From Candidatus Methanoperedens sp. (GTDB taxonomy: Archaea > Halobacteriota > Methanosarcinia > Methanosarcinales > Methanoperedenaceae): a stretch of 32,000 nt of DNA. The stretch is taken from assembly GCA_027460535.1 (NCBI GenBank), contig JAPZAR010000025.1:73322-105321 (forward strand), written 5' to 3'. The notes under the pieces are model-generated. The model searched no databases and was not told the DNA's origin. It saw only the letters and a list, made by a program, of their open reading frames with translations. Positions within the stretch are counted from its first letter, which is position 1. Each line of letters begins with the position of its first letter. Shown one piece after another: positions 16,331-24,483 of the stretch. Made by a program: the position numbers and the translations under genes.

Positions 16331-17533
16331 TTATCTTTTCTCCCATTTTTCAAGCTGTAATACCTCGGAAAGCGTCTTTCCCATCTTGATCTCATGGCGG
16401 ATTCTGCTCTCGTTTTTTTCCACTTCGATCGCACGCCTTGCGATCTCGTATCCCCTTTCTTTAGGTATGACCACAACGCCGCAATCATCCCCAGCGATCA
16501 GATCACCGGGTTTAACTGTCTGTCCTCCGCATTGTATTTCGGCATTGATCTCTCCTAATCCTTTGGGTTCCCCCGCGTTCGGCACTATGGAGACCGCAAA
16601 AACAGGAAAGTTAAGGCACCTTATGTCATCCACGTCCCTGACCGCACCATCGATTACCACTCCTGCAATGCCTTTATTTATGCAGCTTAAGGTCGCCAGC
16701 TCTCCCCATGGGGCGACGTGTGGGCTGCCGTTATAGATTACGATAACGTCCCCCTCTTCTGCAATATCGATTGCCTCCACGGTCTTTGCCCAGTCCCCTT
16801 CAAAGGTCTGTACCGTGACAGCCCTTCCCACCATCTTAATGCCCGGACAAATGGAATGGATGTTTTTCATAGCACCTTTCCTGTGCATGGCATCAGATAT
16901 GTTGGGCGTAGAAACTCGTTTGAGCAGCTCGATCGTTTTCTCGTGCAAGGATTTTTCAGGTTCTATAGAGATATGCGGGGCATCAATACTCTGCCGGATA
17001 GCTCTCGCTGAAGCCGTTACACTGGATGAGCGAACGATATTTCCTCCCACGATAACAATGCCAGCACCTGATAATATCGCATCAGCGGCACTTTGCGCGT
17101 CAAGACCCCCCGCCACCGCGACAGGCACACTGAGCTTGAGTTTTTTCAGTATCCTGACAGGGTCTTCTCCCATCATCTGCTGGTCAATGCCGACATGGAT
17201 ATTGATGTAATCGATGCCAAGCTCTACTAATTCTTTGGCCCTTTGTGCCGGGTCCTCTGAAGAGATCAGGTCGGCCATGAGCTTTACACCATATTTTCGT
17301 GCCGCTCTGGCAGCATCCTGAATTGTTGAGTTATCCGAATTTCCAAGAAGTATGATGATATCCGCACCTGCTTTTGCTGCCATCTCTATCTCCATAGCGC
17401 CTGTGTCAACGGTTTTCATGTCCGCGAGGATGACATGTCCCGGGAATGCCGCTTTGAGCTGTCTGATCGCATCCATGCCTTCGCTCTTGATCAAAGGCGT
17501 ACCTGCTTCTATCCAGTCAGCTCCCCCTTCCAC
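16331..17533 (-). CDS. Bifunctional 3-hexulose-6-phosphate synthase (OMPDC-suprafamily barrel) / RraA-like domain protein; N-terminus extends beyond the ORF-track start
   Basis: The N-terminal half ([31 protein letters not shown]) is HPS-like. The C-terminal half ([49 protein letters not shown]) is RraA/DlpA-like. Homology continues in frame upstream of 17533 ([23 protein letters not shown]). Confidence 0.8.
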   Translation of the reverse strand: MEGGADWIEAGTPLIKSEGMDAIRQLKAAFPGHVILADMKTVDTGAMEIEMAAKAGADIIILLGNSDNSTIQDAARAARKYGVKLMADLISSEDPAQRAKELVELGIDYINIHVGIDQQMMGEDPVRILKKLKLSVPVAVAGGLDAQSAADAILSGAGIVIVGGNIVRSSSVTASARAIRQSIDAPHISIEPEKSLHEKTIELLKRVSTPNISDAMHRKGAMKNIHSICPGIKMVGRAVTVQTFEGDWAKTVEAIDIAEEGDVIVIYNGSPHVAPWGELATLSCINKGIAGVVIDGAVRDVDDIRCLNFPVFAVSIVPNAGEPKGLGEINAEIQCGGQTVKPGDLIAGDDCGVVVIPKERGYEIARRAIEVEKNESRIRHEIKMGKTLSEVLQLEKWEKR

Positions 17534-17721
17534 TGCCTCTTTAGCGATCTGGATGGCACGCTCTGTCTCTAAAACATCAAGCGCGACCTGAAGTATAGGT
17601 CTTATAAAATCACCATTGGATAAATTCGTGTATGTGATTAAAGCTTTAATGGTTAAATTTCATTAATCCGTGATACGACAAAATATTAAGAGAAAATATA
17701 AAGCTTGAATGTGTTTATTTA

Positions 17722-18450
17722 GTGAAAGCAGGAGAAATCGATATAATATCCATTGAGAACCTTTCAAAGACATTCGGCACCAACATTGTTCTGAGAAATA
17801 TCAATCTTCGCATTGAAAGAGGTGAATTCCTGACGATCTTTGGCCCCAACGGCGCCGGAAAAACCACCCTCATCAAAATAATCTCCACCCTGGTAAATCC
17901 CACCTATGGCAGAGTCGTTATAGATGGGATCGATATCAAAGAAAATCCCATCGAGATCAGAAAAAAGATAGGGGTCATCTCTCACGATACCTTCCTGTAC
18001 CATGAACTGACAGCGGCCGAGAACCTGCGCTTCTTCGGGAAGATGTACGGCACATCGGATATAGAGGCTCGAATAAACGACCTGATAAAACAGGTCGGAT
18101 TGAGCTACAGGAGAAATGACAGGGTGAGGACTTTTTCAAGGGGTATGAAACAGCGCCTTTCGATCGCAAGAGCTTTGATCCACGATCCACCGGTGCTTTT
18201 GCTCGATGAACCTTACACAGGGCTGGATCAGCATGCCAGCGCCACTTTTGACAGGATACTTTCAGGGACGAACGCAAATGACAAGACACGAGTTCTTATT
18301 TCTCATGACATCGAACGAGGGATCTCATTGTGCGACAGGGCTGTCATCCTTACTGATGGTCATATTGTCCATGAAATGAGCAAGAGTGAGATCCGCGACC
18401 TCCTGCAGTGCAGGGCAATATACGAAAGATACGTGGCGGAGCGCACATGA
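17722..18450 (+). CDS. ccmA: ABC ATPase, cytochrome c maturation / heme exporter subunit A
   Basis: It has Walker A (GPNGAGKTT), the signature FSRGMKQRLSIA and Walker B (LLLDEP). It overlaps ccmB by ATGA. The assignment rests on the ccmB/ccmC context. The start is a GTG. Confidence 0.75.
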   Translation: MKAGEIDIISIENLSKTFGTNIVLRNINLRIERGEFLTIFGPNGAGKTTLIKIISTLVNPTYGRVVIDGIDIKENPIEIRKKIGVISHDTFLYHELTAAENLRFFGKMYGTSDIEARINDLIKQVGLSYRRNDRVRTFSRGMKQRLSIARALIHDPPVLLLDEPYTGLDQHASATFDRILSGTNANDKTRVLISHDIERGISLCDRAVILTDGHIVHEMSKSEIRDLLQCRAIYERYVAERT

Positions 18451-19136
18451 AGTTCCTTGAGATAGCCAGAAAGGACCTTAAAGCAGAGTTCCGCACCAAG
18501 CAGATGCTCAATTCAATGATGATATTCGCGCTGCTCGTCATTGTTATATTCAGTTTCGCTTTCGGGAGCGAGGCTTCCATATATATCAAGGACATTAATA
18601 AGAAAGTAGTGGATTTACTTGCCCCGGGAATTCTCTGGATAGCATTCACTTTTGCTGGGATGCTTGGTCTTTCAAGGTCATTCGCGGGTGAAAAGGAAGA
18701 AGGGTGCCTTGATGGTCTTAAGCTGTGCCCCGTGGAAAGGAGTGAGATATATAACGGCAAAGTGATCTCCAATGCGGTCCTAATGTTTTTGATGGTGGTC
18801 ATAACAATACCTGTTTTTGCAGTGCTTTTCAGTTATGATATCTTGAATATCTCAGGTCTGGTACTGGTAGTGATCCTGGGGACTCTCGGATTCATCTTCG
18901 TGGGAACGCTTCTCTCCGCACTTGCCGTCAATACAAGGACGCGGGAGATCCTGCTTCCTGTGATTCTTTTCCCGGTTCTCCTTCCTGTTATACTCTCGGC
19001 CGTGACCGCAACAGGGATCATGCTGGCAAAAGGTGAAATTTCCGAAATAACCGGCGAGTTGCAGATCCTTGCTGCGTATGATATAATTTTTTTTATTGTG
19101 GCACAGCTTGTATTTGAATATACGATCGAAGACTGA
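18447..19136 (+). CDS. ccmB: Heme exporter membrane subunit B
   Basis: The ATG at 18447 gives MKFLEIARKDLKAEFRTKQMLNS.. About 6 TM helices follow. The motif FAGEKEEGCLDGLKLCPVERSEIYNGKV is typical of the CcmB family. Confidence 0.75.
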   Translation: MKFLEIARKDLKAEFRTKQMLNSMMIFALLVIVIFSFAFGSEASIYIKDINKKVVDLLAPGILWIAFTFAGMLGLSRSFAGEKEEGCLDGLKLCPVERSEIYNGKVISNAVLMFLMVVITIPVFAVLFSYDILNISGLVLVVILGTLGFIFVGTLLSALAVNTRTREILLPVILFPVLLPVILSAVTATGIMLAKGEISEITGELQILAAYDIIFFIVAQLVFEYTIED

Positions 19137-19189
19137 ATCGGAATGACAAAGATAAATATTATTACCACACAGGTAAAGGTGGAGATAAT

Positions 19190-19876
19190 ATGCTAAAGAA
19201 AATACTTTTTTCCCTTACCGTTGTATTGATACTTGTTTCCATATATCTGGTTTTTTTTGTTGCTCCTATTCCGATCAATCCTGGACAGGCAGTCGGAGAC
19301 AAGAACAACTTCAAAATATTCTATTTCCATCTCCCGATAGCAATATCCTCATATCTTGGTTTTGCGATCGTGTTCATTTCAAGCATCTTATATCTTCGCG
19401 GCAAGCAACAGAAATGGGACATAATTGCCTTGTCGGCTGCTGAAGTCGGAGTGATATTCGCTTTTTTAACTCTTGCCAGCGGATCTGTATGGGCAAAGTC
19501 CGCATGGGGAGATTACTGGGTGACATGGGATGTGAGGCTCAACACTTCACTCGTACTGTTCCTGATATACCTCTCTTACCTGACGATCCGCCAGGCTGTT
19601 GAGGAACCTGAGAAAAGGGCGAGGCTATCAGCCGTTTTTGGAATAGTTGGTTTTATTGGCGTACCTCTGAGTTTCCTGTCCATAAGATTATGGACAAGAG
19701 GCACGATGCATCCCGTTGCAGAACTGGATTATACCACGTTCGGACCTCTGATGATGACATTAATTGTGAATTTTGCGGCATTTTTCCTGCTCACTGCATC
19801 CCTCATCGTCCTCAGGGTTGACAATGAGAAGATAAAAGAAAAGGGAAATGAATTAAAAAGAGTGAAAGGTCTATAA
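19190..19876 (+). CDS. ccmC: Heme lyase/exporter subunit CcmC (cytochrome c assembly, system I)
   Basis: It has the Trp-rich WWD-type motif WGDYWVTWDVRLNTS, flanked by conserved His-containing segments (FYFHLPIA and GTMHPV). The protein is polytopic. Confidence 0.8.
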   Translation: MLKKILFSLTVVLILVSIYLVFFVAPIPINPGQAVGDKNNFKIFYFHLPIAISSYLGFAIVFISSILYLRGKQQKWDIIALSAAEVGVIFAFLTLASGSVWAKSAWGDYWVTWDVRLNTSLVLFLIYLSYLTIRQAVEEPEKRARLSAVFGIVGFIGVPLSFLSIRLWTRGTMHPVAELDYTTFGPLMMTLIVNFAAFFLLTASLIVLRVDNEKIKEKGNELKRVKGL

Positions 19877-19881
19877 AAAAA

Positions 19882-20463
19882 TTATGAGGCTACAGGTTCA
19901 GCCTCTATTTCTGTCTTCCTGACCTCGACTCTTCTGAGGGGATATATCGGCTTAACGTCATGATAAATATTAGCAGAGAGCTTCCCTGTAACGATTTCCT
20001 GGACGAACTGAGCCAGATCCAGTTCTTTCGCTCTTGAGATTATGACATTATTCATTATCAAGCGGATGGCTTTTATCTGATTAGCTCGCGCCCTTTTTAT
20101 GGTGAAGCATGAAGGTTTGACTCTTATGGTATAATCATCCTTGGTCTTCACTGAAATGTTTGATTCTATGCTCGATGTCTGTCTTTTTACAAGTGAGCGC
20201 AGGTAATCCTGCGTAAGCTGATGCCCTGTGAATTTTGTATATGCCGAGTCTCCGCCGACGCGGTCCACTTTCAGAAGCAGTTTGATGTTCTGCTTTGACA
20301 TATCGTTGGTCAATTCCCCAAGGGTTACCTCGATGACCCTTCCCATTAATTTCTCAGGCACATCTGCTACTGTTTCTCCGATGTTTGCTTTTCCGAACAT
20401 GTCGGGTGCGACCATGTTGTACCAATTTTTAGCTTTCCAGCCTTCTGTTTTTGTAACTGCCAA
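19882..20463 (-). CDS. rps3ae: 30S ribosomal protein S3Ae (eS1)
   Basis: MAVTKTEGWKAKNWYNMVAPDMFG...VIEVTLGELTND..KLLLKVDRVGG matches the archaeal/eukaryotic S3Ae family along its full length (193 aa). Confidence 0.9.
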   Translation of the reverse strand: MAVTKTEGWKAKNWYNMVAPDMFGKANIGETVADVPEKLMGRVIEVTLGELTNDMSKQNIKLLLKVDRVGGDSAYTKFTGHQLTQDYLRSLVKRQTSSIESNISVKTKDDYTIRVKPSCFTIKRARANQIKAIRLIMNNVIISRAKELDLAQFVQEIVTGKLSANIYHDVKPIYPLRRVEVRKTEIEAEPVAS

Positions 20464-20494
20464 ATAAGTTCCTCCAGATTATTGGGATCGAAAA

Positions 20495-20511
20495 TGTGAA
20501 CCATGTTCACA
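20495..20511. promoter_or_regulatory. Perfect 7-3-7 palindrome TGTGAAC-CAT-GTTCACA in the rps3ae / GTPase divergent intergenic region
   Basis: Read directly from the sequence. It lies 32 nt upstream of the rps3ae start (20463) and ~120 nt upstream of the 20634 start. Confidence 0.3.
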
Positions 20512-20633
20512 AATCATTTGCTTAATAAGGCATTCAATACTTAATACTTTTGGAGCGGCAAAACTGAGGCGCTTAAATCCAGAGAACGCCAATTTCATAT
20601 ATTATCAGACTTATTATAACGTGGAGTCTTGTT

Positions 20634-21674
20634 ATGGCAAATATATCGATCATAGGCAGCGAGAAATCAGGGAGAACAAGTCTTGCCGCAAACCTTGGAA
20701 AGAAGGGCACCGAGTCGGATATTACGCTCTATAATTTTGTAAAAGGAGATCAGATCTATTCTTTTGTCGACGCTAATGGCTATCCAGGCTCTTTGAAATC
20801 CCTGATCAACGCAATAAATCTCTCGGATATCGCCCTTATCTGTGTTCCATCAACTGGATTAAATGCACAGGTAGGCGAATGTATCGTTGCACTTGACCTG
20901 CTTGGTAACAAACGCGGGTTGTTCTTGATCACAATGTCGGACACATCAAACCCCGTGGCGCTTTCTGGGCTGTCTGAAAAAATAAAGGCCATAACAAAAG
21001 GCACAAACCTTGAGAGCTGGGGATCAATTGCCATCTCCACAACAAGCTTTGAAGGAATGGAAGACCTCAAGGGGAAAATTTTCGCGCTGGGAGAGGAAGC
21101 AAGCAGAAGCAATTCTGCAAAGAACGACCTTCCTACTCGCGTGATAGTGGACCATTTCTTTAATGTGACAGGTATAGGATGTGTGGTGCTGGGCGTCGTG
21201 ATCCAGGGGACTCTCAAGATGCATGACAACCTTAACGTTTTTCCAATAAACAGGCCGACGGAGATACGATCCATCCAGAGCAATGATGTGGATATGAAAT
21301 CCGCGAATGCCGGCATAAGGGTGGGACTTGCGCTAAAAGGAGTTCAGTCAAAGGATTTCGACCGTGGATATTTAATTTCGCAGAGGGAAGAGGTATCTTC
21401 CAAATTCAGCCTGAAATGCCGACTCACGAGGTTCACATCCGGGCTCGGCGTAGGGGATACCGTTCATCTATTCGCAGGGCTCCAGGTGATGCCTGCAACG
21501 ATCGGGACCATTTCAATAGCAGGCAAAGATGTCACACAGGCTCCGCCGGGTTCTGAGTGTGACGTTTCCATGACGACCCAGAGCAATATCGCATACACTA
21601 AAGGTGATCGATTCCTTATCGCACAGCTCAACAATCCCAAACAGAGGCTTGTTGCAGGCTGTGAGGTCGTGTAA
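20634..21674 (+). CDS. EF-Tu/SelB-like translational-GTPase homolog with degenerate G motifs
   Basis: 346 aa. A G-domain-like N-terminus (IIGSEKSGRTS, VDANGYPG, LITMSD) is followed by an EF-Tu domain-2-like barrel (VIVDHFFNVTGIGCVVLGVVIQGTLKMHDNLNVFP..EIRSIQSNDVDMKSANAGIRVGLALKGV). Confidence 0.6.
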   Translation: MANISIIGSEKSGRTSLAANLGKKGTESDITLYNFVKGDQIYSFVDANGYPGSLKSLINAINLSDIALICVPSTGLNAQVGECIVALDLLGNKRGLFLITMSDTSNPVALSGLSEKIKAITKGTNLESWGSIAISTTSFEGMEDLKGKIFALGEEASRSNSAKNDLPTRVIVDHFFNVTGIGCVVLGVVIQGTLKMHDNLNVFPINRPTEIRSIQSNDVDMKSANAGIRVGLALKGVQSKDFDRGYLISQREEVSSKFSLKCRLTRFTSGLGVGDTVHLFAGLQVMPATIGTISIAGKDVTQAPPGSECDVSMTTQSNIAYTKGDRFLIAQLNNPKQRLVAGCEVV

Positions 21675-21680
21675 AAACTG

Positions 21681-22457
21681 ATGTCTTTCTATGAACTTTG
21701 CAATAATGCTGCCGAGGCGGTCGAAGAGGCTGTTTCAGACCTTATAGGAAAACCCGAAGCGGCGGTTATGCTTCGTATCGGGGCTGACGGCACCCCTACA
21801 GAGAAGATAGACGAAGTCGCCGAGAACGCTGCGCTTTCCACGCTTCTGGCAAGTGGCAAGTCTATGCGTTTTGTGAGCGAGGAACTGGGCGAAAAAACGA
21901 TTGGCAAGAAACCTGATTTCACTTTCGTTCTTGACCCGATCGACGGCACCTTCAACGCAGTAAACAATATCCCCTTTTTCTGCGTTCCTGTTGCGATAGG
22001 TAATTCTGACCTGTCGGATATCAGGTACGGGTACGTAAAGAACCTGGTCAACGGGGATATCTATACTGCGGAGAAGGGAAAAGGTGCATACTTGAATGGA
22101 AAGAAAATACATGTTTCAGATCTTTCGAATTTATCCCAATTAAGCGTAATATCCTACAGCCACAAACCTTTTGCAATAGCGATCAATAATCACAGCGTCA
22201 GAAGAGTAAGAGTATTCGGGTGCGCTGCTCTTGAACTCTGCTATATCGCATCCGGAATATTCGACGCGTTCTTCGACATGCGCGGGATGCTCCGCGTCAC
22301 AGACATAGCAGCAGGGAAACTTATTGCTGAGGAAGCGGGCGGGCTTGTGACCGATGGAACGGGGAAGTCTCTTTCCACGCCCCTTGATGTGAAACAGCGG
22401 GTGAATGTGATTGCCAGTAACGGACGCGTCCATCAAAAATTGCTTGAGCTTGTATAG
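21681..22457 (+). CDS. Inositol monophosphatase / FBPase / NADP-phosphatase family protein
   Basis: 258 aa. It has the metal-binding motifs FVLDPIDGTFN and the upstream EE, plus a C-terminal AAG..IAEEAGG. It sits directly upstream of NAD kinase. Confidence 0.8.
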   Translation: MSFYELCNNAAEAVEEAVSDLIGKPEAAVMLRIGADGTPTEKIDEVAENAALSTLLASGKSMRFVSEELGEKTIGKKPDFTFVLDPIDGTFNAVNNIPFFCVPVAIGNSDLSDIRYGYVKNLVNGDIYTAEKGKGAYLNGKKIHVSDLSNLSQLSVISYSHKPFAIAINNHSVRRVRVFGCAALELCYIASGIFDAFFDMRGMLRVTDIAAGKLIAEEAGGLVTDGTGKSLSTPLDVKQRVNVIASNGRVHQKLLELV

Positions 22458-23285
22458 GTGCATATGAAAAAAATCGGGTTGATCTCCAGATGCGACAGGG
22501 ACGATGTGCTTGCTCTTGCTGACGAGATCGTAAATCACCTCAGCTCAAATGTGGAAGTGCTCATAGATATGAAGACGGCCGAGAAAATCCATCGTAAGGG
22601 TACGCCTGTTGCTGAAATGAGAAAAAAAGGAGCTGAATTCGTAATTTCCATAGGGGGTGATGGGACCGTGCTTCGCGGGATCCAGAAAATGGAGGACCCT
22701 CTCCCTGTGCTCGGGATAAACATGGGAACTTTCGGGTTCCTTGTGGATGTAGATCCGGAGGAGGCGCTCACGGTCATAGATAAGGTGCTTTCCGGTTTTG
22801 AGGTGGAAGATCGCTCCCGGCTTGCGATCATGCTCAATTATGAGCCTCTTCCTCCCGCCACCAATGAAGTTGTGATAATCACAGCAAATCCCGCAAAGAT
22901 CTTGTCTTACAGGATATTCGTGGACAAGAACCAGTTAGAGGAACTGAGGGCGGATGGTGTGGTTTTTGCCACGCCCACGGGCTCCACGGCCTACGCCATG
23001 AGCGCGGGCGGGCCCATAGTGGACCCGGGCGTTGACGGCACGGTGATAGTCCCATTGGCTCCTTTCAAATTATCGTCGCGTCCTTGGGTTGTCCCGGCCA
23101 AAAGTGAGATACGGGTGGAACTCACAGTCCCGAAAAAGGAAGCTGTGATCGTGATAGACGGACAGCATACGAGAAAGATAAAAGAAGATGACACGATCTT
23201 TATCACGAAAGCGGATAAGCCCGCAAGGTTCGTGAAGACGAGGAAGGATGGGTTCTACGAAAAAGTAAAAAGCAAGCTTGCATGA
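22458..23285 (+). CDS. nadK: NAD kinase
   Basis: It has GGDGTVLR, GINMGTFGFL and ADGVVFATPTGSTAYAMSAGGPIV. The start is either the GTG at 22458 or the ATG at 22464 (MKKIGLISR). Confidence 0.85.
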   Translation: MHMKKIGLISRCDRDDVLALADEIVNHLSSNVEVLIDMKTAEKIHRKGTPVAEMRKKGAEFVISIGGDGTVLRGIQKMEDPLPVLGINMGTFGFLVDVDPEEALTVIDKVLSGFEVEDRSRLAIMLNYEPLPPATNEVVIITANPAKILSYRIFVDKNQLEELRADGVVFATPTGSTAYAMSAGGPIVDPGVDGTVIVPLAPFKLSSRPWVVPAKSEIRVELTVPKKEAVIVIDGQHTRKIKEDDTIFITKADKPARFVKTRKDGFYEKVKSKLA

Positions 23286-23322
23286 ATAAGATAGCCAAAA
23301 AAGGTTATGCTATTTAGGAATT

Positions 23323-23808
23323 ATGATCATTATCGGAATTGACCCAGGACTTGCCACTGTCGGCTTTGGGGTCTTACGAAAAGAGAAAAACACGATAACA
23401 CCTGTCAGCTATGGATGCATAAGAACCCCTGCTGAAAAACAGGTTCCTGAACGTCTTCTGGAAATATACTCTGAGATCTGCACATTGCTTGAAAAGTATG
23501 CCCCGTCCGCGGTCGCAGTCGAGAGACTCTTTTTCAATAAGAATGTCACAAACGCGATGAGCGTGAGTGAGGCAAGGGGTGTCATCTTTCTTGCCGTGCA
23601 GCAAAAGAGTATCCCGATCTTTGAATATACCCCGAACCAGATAAAACAGGCCATTACAGGCTCGGGGCGGGCGGATAAAAGACAGATGCAGGAAATGATA
23701 AAAAGGCTTTTGAACCTGGATGAACTGCCGCAGCCCGATGATGCGGCGGACGGGCTTTCGATTGCTTTATGCCATATAAATATAATTGAAACTGGATTAT
23801 GCCATTAA
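23323..23808 (+). CDS. ruvC: Crossover junction endodeoxyribonuclease RuvC (bacterial type)
   Basis: 161 aa. MIIIGIDPGLATVGFGVL.., VAVERLFFNKN, ..ITGSGRADKRQMQEM.. and ..PDDAADGLSIALCH carry the full RuvC catalytic-residue series (D..E..D/H). Confidence 0.9.
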   Translation: MIIIGIDPGLATVGFGVLRKEKNTITPVSYGCIRTPAEKQVPERLLEIYSEICTLLEKYAPSAVAVERLFFNKNVTNAMSVSEARGVIFLAVQQKSIPIFEYTPNQIKQAITGSGRADKRQMQEMIKRLLNLDELPQPDDAADGLSIALCHINIIETGLCH

Positions 23809-23813
23809 TAACG

Positions 23814-23859
23814 TTTTTTATGGCTGTGAGCGTGTGTGGTCTATTCATTCGGAATAGGC
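23814..23859 (+). terminator. Oligo-T tract and short hairpin immediately after ruvC
   Basis: T6 at 23814-23819 lies 6 nt after the TAA. A hairpin follows (GTCTATTC-attcg-GAATAGGC, 23839-23859, with one G-U pair). Archaeal terminators are typically oligo-T. Confidence 0.3.
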
Positions 23860-24222
23860 TCAAATTGAAAACTAACTCCCGCCAATCCCTAAACTTTATC
23901 TTATTTTTAGGAAGTCGAGCCCCATAAACGCAATATGAGGCATTTTTTGTCTTTAAGCGGTACCAGTCTATTTTTAATAGCAGGGCGATTGATGACGGCA
24001 TGAAAGATTTTATCAGTGCATGCTCAAGGCAATATAGGCGAATTTTAACTGGAGAAATAAAGGTGTTCAGTAAGTTTTTATATTATGTGCTTTATATGTA
24101 TACCTTATATAGAGAGTTTCCTCGCCTAAAGCAAAAACTATATAATACAATAATTAAAGAGTATACGGTGGTGAAAGGCTCCAAAACTTTTAACATAAAA
24201 ATTCTTATAGAGGATGTACCCA

Positions 24223-24483
24223 ATGAATGACGAAGAAATAAAATTTGAAGAAATTAATCTCGAAGAAAAAAGGATTTTATTGGACATTCTTGGTTATGAA
24301 GTTGGCGAAGCCGGTATACTTTTAGATAAAAATACTAAGAAAGAGCATATCTGTCCAATAACAGACAGCGTTGTTTTTATTGAGAATGCGTCTGTTTTGC
24401 CTGGCTCCTCCGTTGTTATTAACACTTCTGAACTTTCTTTAGCGGAATATTTTACAAAATTCGTTGAAATGCGATGTAAGTAA
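24223..24483 (+). CDS. Hypothetical small acidic protein (island ORF-A)
   Basis: GAGGA lies 8 nt upstream of the ATG at 24223 (the track start at 24214 is also an ATG). The product is 86 aa and Glu/Asp-rich (MNDEEIKFEEINLEEKRILLDILGYEVGEAG..). Its stop overlaps the next start (TAATG). I recognise no family. Confidence 0.5.
   Translation: MNDEEIKFEEINLEEKRILLDILGYEVGEAGILLDKNTKKEHICPITDSVVFIENASVLPGSSVVINTSELSLAEYFTKFVEMRCK

Noticed and set aside
23864-23894. ATTGAAAACTAACTCCCGCCAATCCCTAAAC. Its reverse complement starts GTTT.. and ends ..TTTCAAT, so it resembles a single CRISPR repeat.
   Set aside because: There is only one copy in the 32 kb, with no spacer-repeat periodicity and no cas genes. 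This is not enough to call a CRISPR array or a degenerate terminal repeat.
23654-24001. 115-aa minus-strand ORF spanning the ruvC 3' end and the start of the island.
   Set aside because: Half of it is antisense to the strongly supported ruvC. The remainder lies in AT-rich non-coding sequence. It has no RBS or recognisable motifs.
24000-24230. 76-aa plus-strand ORF at the start of the AT-rich island.
   Set aside because: The region is very AT-rich (27% GC in a hand-counted sample), Tyr/Lys/Ile-rich and has no RBS. Its end overlaps the better-supported ORF-A start. It more likely holds the promoter/leader of the cassette, since it contains several TATA-like strings. A small gene cannot be fully excluded.
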